A model generated the notes under the pieces. It was given only the letters and a program-made list of their open reading frames with translations. It was not told the DNA's origin and did not search any database. Positions 45,383 through 50,099 of a stretch of DNA of 50,099 nt are shown here, in pieces. The DNA is from Chrysochromulina tobinii (Eukaryota): contig JWZX01003266.1 of NCBI GenBank assembly GCA_001275005.1, forward strand, positions 1-50,099. The letters are read 5' to 3'. Made by a program: the position numbers and the translations under genes. How positions within the stretch are numbered: position 1 is the stretch's first letter; each line of letters starts with the position of its first letter.

Positions 45383-45946
45383 ATGATGCTGGCAGCCTCC
45401 GCCGTGCTGTGCTCCGCCTTTATGCTACCGACGCCTGTGCCGGCGCCGGAGACACATTCCATCGCCCGTAGCGGTATCTCGCCGCAGATGCTCGACATGG
45501 ACACGATCGGTGGCATCGCCATCGCGCTCGGCGGCGTGGGCGGCGGCATCGCCCTGATCGCGCTGACCGAGAAAGCCGGACAGCGCAACGAGGAGGCAGC
45601 GAATGAGCAGCCCTGCGTCGTTTGCAAAGGTGCACGGGTCGTCACCTGCCCGGTATGCCAGGGCACGGGCCGTGACCAGTATGCCGACCTCGTGAAGGGT
45701 GTCCGGGAAGCGGCGGGGGAGGTTGGTGAGAAGACCACTGTGATCACGGTGGACGATTGGGAGGACGGGCCCAAACAGGTGGAGCTGTTCAAGGAGATCC
45801 TCTCCAAGTACCCGGTCAAGTACTCTGGCTCGGGCACGTGCATCAACTGCGACGGCCGTGGCGTTATAGTGTGCGACAACTGCCAGGGCAGTGGCCTCCA
45901 GCCGCGTTTCCTTGAGCGCTACTCACCCGACGACTTCATGGACTAA
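45383..45946 (+). CDS. Plastid DnaJ-type zinc-finger protein, LQY1-like
   Basis: Bipartite-like signal (SAF), TM segment, four CxxCxGxG-like motifs. C-terminus CINCDGRG...CDNCQGSGLQPRFL resembles LQY1. Confidence 0.75.
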   Translation: MMLAASAVLCSAFMLPTPVPAPETHSIARSGISPQMLDMDTIGGIAIALGGVGGGIALIALTEKAGQRNEEAANEQPCVVCKGARVVTCPVCQGTGRDQYADLVKGVREAAGEVGEKTTVITVDDWEDGPKQVELFKEILSKYPVKYSGSGTCINCDGRGVIVCDNCQGSGLQPRFLERYSPDDFMD

Positions 45947-46466
45947 GCGCGCAAGCCCGAGGCACGCTGCTGTCACACTCGGCGTGTGGTTCCAGTACTC
46001 ACCGCACGGGCATGCACAGGGTCGCCCGCGGTGCCAATGCTCGATGTGCGATAAGCACGGCCGGCAACCTGTGGCCGAGTCGGGCTCGCTGATTACGGTC
46101 TTACAGTCCGCTCGAGCGCGTATGTCTCTCTATCGGAGCCTGTCGTGTTCGAGCAATTCAGGGCAAATTCCATGGTGCATGTGTATTTTGTTCTAAGCGC
46201 ATGTGATACATGAAATGGAAGATGCCGCGTAGCTCGACGCGTTAGCAAACGAAAGCAAACGTGATCCGGACCCGCCCCGGGGGGCGGCCGGGGCGGCGCG
46301 GCCGCGCGCTCGGCGCCGCCGCCGGTTCGCCGTTCGGGGCTTCGGGCGCCGCGTGAGTCGGTCTGAGTACTGAGATATTAACAGCGGATACGCCGATCGA
46401 AAGTTCTAAAGTAACGCAACGACATGTCCACGCGATCTTCGTGCCTGCGTTTTGGCGCGATTCTGC

Positions 46467-48650
46467 CTAAAATTCCTCATCGTCCGAACAAGACGCCGAG
46501 TGCGAGTCCCCCAGAGAGTAATGCTGATGCTCGACCTGCTCGTCGAGCTCAACATCCTCATCCGACGAGCACTCAAGGTCAAGCCGCAGGTCGATGACCG
46601 TCACGCCGGCGGCGCGCGCGTTACCCGGCGGCCTGCTAGCGTGCGCTCCTCGCGCAGAGCTGTCTGGCGATGTGACCCATCCGGAAGCCGGTGGCGGCGG
46701 CGGCGGCGCGAAGGGCGAGGTTGCTGTGCCGTGCCAATCGGGAGCCGGTGGTGGCGGCGGCGGCGTGGAGGGCGAGTTTGCTGTGCCGTGCCGATCGGGA
46801 GCCCGGCATAAATCCCATGGCGAGCTGGGTAGCTGCCGTTGAGGCGAGGCCGATGTCGCCGCCCGGGGATGCGTCGGCACGGCTACGGCTCGCCCATCGT
46901 CCACCATCCTGGGTAGCGCCGTGTCCGCTTCGGTCGTGCGCGCATGCAGCAGCAACCCGATGTTTCGAGCCTTATCCTTCAGGTCCCCCGCCGTGCGGTG
47001 TATGTGGAAGACGCCGCGGCCCTCCTCTAGGATCTCCTTCCACCGATAGCGCTCTCCGCGCTGCTTGGCCATCGCAAAGCCCTTTTCATGCCACAGCCGG
47101 CACAGCAGCGCCTCTTCCTCACCTGTGAAGGCCAAGCGTGTCTTGATGGGGCCGCCCCGTACGCCGGCCTGTGCGCCGGCCAGTGCTGCACCGGCCACTG
47201 CTGCTGCCGGCGAAGCCGCCACTTTCGCCACTCTTGAGTCCACCGCTATTGCCGCCGCTGAGCCCGGCGTGCCTGCGAGCGTCGTCAGCGCAGCGGGCGT
47301 CGTCGGCGCAGCGGGCGTCGTCGGCGCTCGCTGCTCTTGCAACGGCGGCGGCGTCGCAGGGTTGACACCGCTGCCGATGCTGGAGCGCCGGCGCGCCGCT
47401 CGCTGCAGCACGGCCACAGCGGCGGCATCGGCCACGCGCCGCTCGCGCGTGCTCTCGAGGAGCGAGGCGACGTGGTGATCCGTGGCCAGCTGCGCATGGT
47501 GTCGATGCAGCAGCGCCGCCAGCTCGTCCGCGCCGAGCGTCACGACCGTCCGTTCGGGCAGGTGGCGCGCCGCCTGCAGAGCCTGACTCGTAAAGGCCGC
47601 GTTCGTCACAAAATGGCCGGTCTGGCAGCCCGCGAGGGCCATCGCGCCGATGAACTCGCTCATCTCACCGAAGGACACGTTCGCCTTGCCGCGCCCTTTG
47701 GACTTGCATTGGATCACCTCGAGTGTGTCGTCGGCTCGGTAGGCGCGCACGTCGATACCGCGATCACCCGGTCCGGAGTTGCGTGGTGGGACGAGGTAGC
47801 CCATCACCTGGAAGAGGCGGCGCGTGAGCTCCTCGAGCGCAGTGCCTGATGCGTCAGCGCGCGTCGCATCGAGCACCGCACGCGCAAACTCGACCGCTTG
47901 CAGCGCGCCCGCGGCCGATGCCCAATCGCCGCCGCCACCGCCGCTGTTCGCGGTCACCTCTGGGATCGTTCTCGCTGGCGACGCGCTGCACGCCACGATT
48001 GCCGGCTCTGCGCTTGCGCTTCTGCCCTGAATAATATTGCTCGCATCAGCCAGCGGCGGTCCCTCGCGCGTGCACCGAGCCGAGATGGCGGCCAGCCGCT
48101 CGTCGCGTTCCGCAAGCTTGTGGCGCAAGTGCTCGTTGGCGGTGGCGCGGCGCTCGCCATCAACACGTGCAGCCTGCAGCGCCTCTCGGAGCGAGCGCAC
48201 CTCGTTGCGTTCGGCCTGTAGCTCGCTGTCTTTGTCCTGCAGCGCACAGATCGCCCGCTCAAACGCCGCCTCCTGATCTCTCAGCTTCTCTCGACACTCC
48301 TCCACACCCTCCTCCGCCTTCTTCCGATCGCGCTGGGACGCGCCGAGTTGATCGAGCGCATCTTTTAACGCAGCGTCACGACGCGCCACGCGTCGTGTGA
48401 GGCGCGCAGATTCCTCGCGGCTCTTGTTGAGCGCAGACTGGAGTGACTCTGAGGCGGCCTCTGCGCGGCTGAGTTGCAGCTTCACAGCGTTGCAGGCCTC
48501 GCTGGCGTCGGCGAGCGCGCAGGCGAGCGAGGCGACGCGAGCCTCGAGATCGGCATTAGTCTCTCGAGTAGAATTCGATTCGGCACGCGCCGCTTCGACG
48601 GCGTCCGCGAGGCGCGCCCATACAGAGTGCGGCGGCTCGAGAAGCGCCAT
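46467..48650 (-). CDS. Coiled coil + Mrr-like (PD-D/ExK, QxK) endonuclease + telobox-like Myb domain protein
   Basis: LEELTRRLFQVMGY...GDRGIDV...IQCK...FIGAM...GHFVTNAAFTSQA (Mrr_cat); RLAFTGEEEALL...RWKEIL...FHIHRTAGDLKDKARN (TRF/telobox-type Myb). Confidence 0.8.
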   Translation of the reverse strand: MALLEPPHSVWARLADAVEAARAESNSTRETNADLEARVASLACALADASEACNAVKLQLSRAEAASESLQSALNKSREESARLTRRVARRDAALKDALDQLGASQRDRKKAEEGVEECREKLRDQEAAFERAICALQDKDSELQAERNEVRSLREALQAARVDGERRATANEHLRHKLAERDERLAAISARCTREGPPLADASNIIQGRSASAEPAIVACSASPARTIPEVTANSGGGGGDWASAAGALQAVEFARAVLDATRADASGTALEELTRRLFQVMGYLVPPRNSGPGDRGIDVRAYRADDTLEVIQCKSKGRGKANVSFGEMSEFIGAMALAGCQTGHFVTNAAFTSQALQAARHLPERTVVTLGADELAALLHRHHAQLATDHHVASLLESTRERRVADAAAVAVLQRAARRRSSIGSGVNPATPPPLQEQRAPTTPAAPTTPAALTTLAGTPGSAAAIAVDSRVAKVAASPAAAVAGAALAGAQAGVRGGPIKTRLAFTGEEEALLCRLWHEKGFAMAKQRGERYRWKEILEEGRGVFHIHRTAGDLKDKARNIGLLLHARTTEADTALPRMVDDGRAVAVPTHPRAATSASPQRQLPSSPWDLCRAPDRHGTANSPSTPPPPPPAPDWHGTATSPFAPPPPPPASGWVTSPDSSARGAHASRPPGNARAAGVTVIDLRLDLECSSDEDVELDEQVEHQHYSLGDSHSASCSDDEEF
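46686..46803 (+). repeat. Two tandem 57-bp repeats in the Pro-rich tail of the Mrr-Myb gene
   Basis: agccggtgg...gctgtgccgtgcc(a/g)atcggg units at 46686 and 46743. Confidence 0.85.
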
Positions 48651-49013
48651 CGAAGTGGATGGACTCAAATTTGGAGCGGGAACATTGTATGCGTGAAAAC
48701 GAGCCGTGAAAAAGGTCCCGATATCCAAATCAGTTTCTTTACTCGGGTACACATTTATACACACACAAGACCTCGACATGTGCTTCTTCATGCAGTCGCA
48801 ATAACAGACCGTTGATACGCTTCTTCTCCAGGCACGCGCTCCTCCACTACAGTAGCCCCCTTGCAGATCCTGTTCCTCTGAATGAGTCTCCAGTCGTCTC
48901 GCTCTCACATGGTGCGCGCCCCGTTTTCCGTGCGGCGGCGCTTTCGCTCTGCGCCCTAGTCGTTGGCGCGCGAGCGTCCTTCAGCGTGCCGCCAAGACGC
49001 CTCCACCCGCTGC

Positions 49014-49850
49014 TTACCAGCCGATGTCGCCGCCGATGACGACGTCGCCCGATGACATGTCCGTGTTGATCGAGTGCGGCACAACGCCCGCAGTCATGGG
49101 GAACTCGACGGGCGCGGTGTTGACGATGCGGACGACGTTGCCCGAGCCCGGCGTCTCGAGGATGGCGAAGAATGGCCGGTCGAGGCCATCCTCGGTGTAG
49201 AGCTCGATGACCTGCTTGTTGTTGTTCGGGCCCTGGAGGAGCTCGATGCGCGCGTTGAGCGGGCGGCCATCAGTCTTGAGCAGCACCTGGACGCTGTCGA
49301 CGGTCGGGTCGAAGGGATACGTGCGCAGCGCGCCACCCTGGATGGTTGTCGAGGCCGCAATGCAGTCGGCAGACGGGCTGTCGACCTGGTCAGCGACGAC
49401 GTTGGCGGCGATGGGGAACTCGATCTGGCCGATGTTGCGAATCGCCACGGTGTTCGGGCCGCGGGGCGTCTCAATCACCGCGCTGAAGGGGCGCAGCTGG
49501 CCGTTCTCGACATACACGCGCATCTTGCAGGGCGTGTTGTCGGGGCCGTGCCAGAGCTCGATGTCGGCATCGAGTGGGCGGCCCTCGGTGCTGAGGACAA
49601 CCTGCACCTGCTCCACGGACGGCGAGCGGTACGACCACGTGCGCAGCGAGCCGCCCTGCACGAGGATGGTGGAGTCGGCCTTGACCGGCGCCTTGCGCGT
49701 GGGGACCACGCCACCGGTGTAAGCCTTGGTGCCGTAGGCCTGCTCGCGCTCGAAGGTCGTCTGCATGACCGGGGACGCGTGGCGAAGGACCGGCGCGGCG
49801 GCCGGGCCGACGAGCAGAGCGGAGGAGCCAGCGAGGACGCAAGAGAGCAT
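49014..49850 (-). CDS. Algal protein of unknown function with two homologous beta-rich repeats, probably plastid- or secretory-targeted
   Basis: Repeat 1 VQGGSLRTWSY...GRPLDADIELWHGPDN...EFP; repeat 2 IQGGALRTYPF...GRPLNARIELLQGPNN...EFP; hydrophobic leader; very high GC3. Confidence 0.85.
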   Translation of the reverse strand: MLSCVLAGSSALLVGPAAAPVLRHASPVMQTTFEREQAYGTKAYTGGVVPTRKAPVKADSTILVQGGSLRTWSYRSPSVEQVQVVLSTEGRPLDADIELWHGPDNTPCKMRVYVENGQLRPFSAVIETPRGPNTVAIRNIGQIEFPIAANVVADQVDSPSADCIAASTTIQGGALRTYPFDPTVDSVQVLLKTDGRPLNARIELLQGPNNNKQVIELYTEDGLDRPFFAILETPGSGNVVRIVNTAPVEFPMTAGVVPHSINTDMSSGDVVIGGDIGW

Positions 49851-50043
49851 TGCAAAATGTGGTATGGTCGTGCGGTTGCTCGACTAAGTGCGCGAAGCTG
49901 CGACGAGGTGCAGCAGATGACATCTGAGAAGACATCTCGATCTTCTCGCTCTCCCAAAAAGGGGACGTTTGGGCGGAGATGTGCTTGATCACCTCGAGGA
50001 ACCTCGACCAGACTCCTGTGTGGGAGCGCGCTATCATGCATTA

Positions 50044-50099
50044 TACTCGGGTACACATTTATACACACACAAGACCTCGACATGTGCTTCTTCATGCAG
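50044..50099 (+). repeat. Exact 56-bp direct repeat of 48740..48795, truncated by the window end
   Basis: tactcgggtacacatttatacacacacaagacctcgacatgtgcttcttcatgcag at both sites. Confidence 0.95.

Noticed and set aside
46200..46440. GC-rich self-complementary stretch considered as a tRNA or ncRNA
   Set aside because: No cloverleaf or T-loop consensus; pairing is explained by GC content

Overview
High-GC, gene-dense eukaryotic genomic DNA with short GT-AG introns and several proteins with signal- or transit-peptide-like N-termini. It is most consistent with a haptophyte-like alga (inference). About 22 protein-coding genes are supportable: a tandem-calpain/TPR/Cj0069-remnant chimera, a Cys-rich protein, an Sfp-type PPTase, an LRR-Pelle/IRAK-kinase-RING gene with a 1-nt frameshift, a NUDT17-like Nudix hydrolase, a GCNA-like SprT protease, a 4-exon Prim-Pol/BTB-like/nucleotidyltransferase fusion, MSH5, cytochrome b5 reductase, an EF-hand protein, a papain-like protease, a CUE-PX protein, medium-chain acyl-CoA dehydrogenase, an FAD oxidoreductase, an LRR-DUF4864 protein, a DEAD-like helicase, an HMG/RS/DCD protein, G6PDH with an EF-hand tail, an LQY1-like protein, a coiled-coil/Mrr-nuclease/telobox-Myb fusion and a two-repeat algal protein. 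The most striking signals are (i) the intron-containing AEP primase-polymerase + nucleotidyltransferase fusion between GCNA and MSH5, which only appears after splicing four ORF fragments, and (ii) a bacterial Mrr-type endonuclease domain fused to a telobox-like Myb domain. Both window ends fall inside exact copies of internal sequence, suggesting a contig broken at tandem duplications. No rRNA, tRNA or CRISPR array was recognised. All domain calls come from motif recognition by eye, not database searches.
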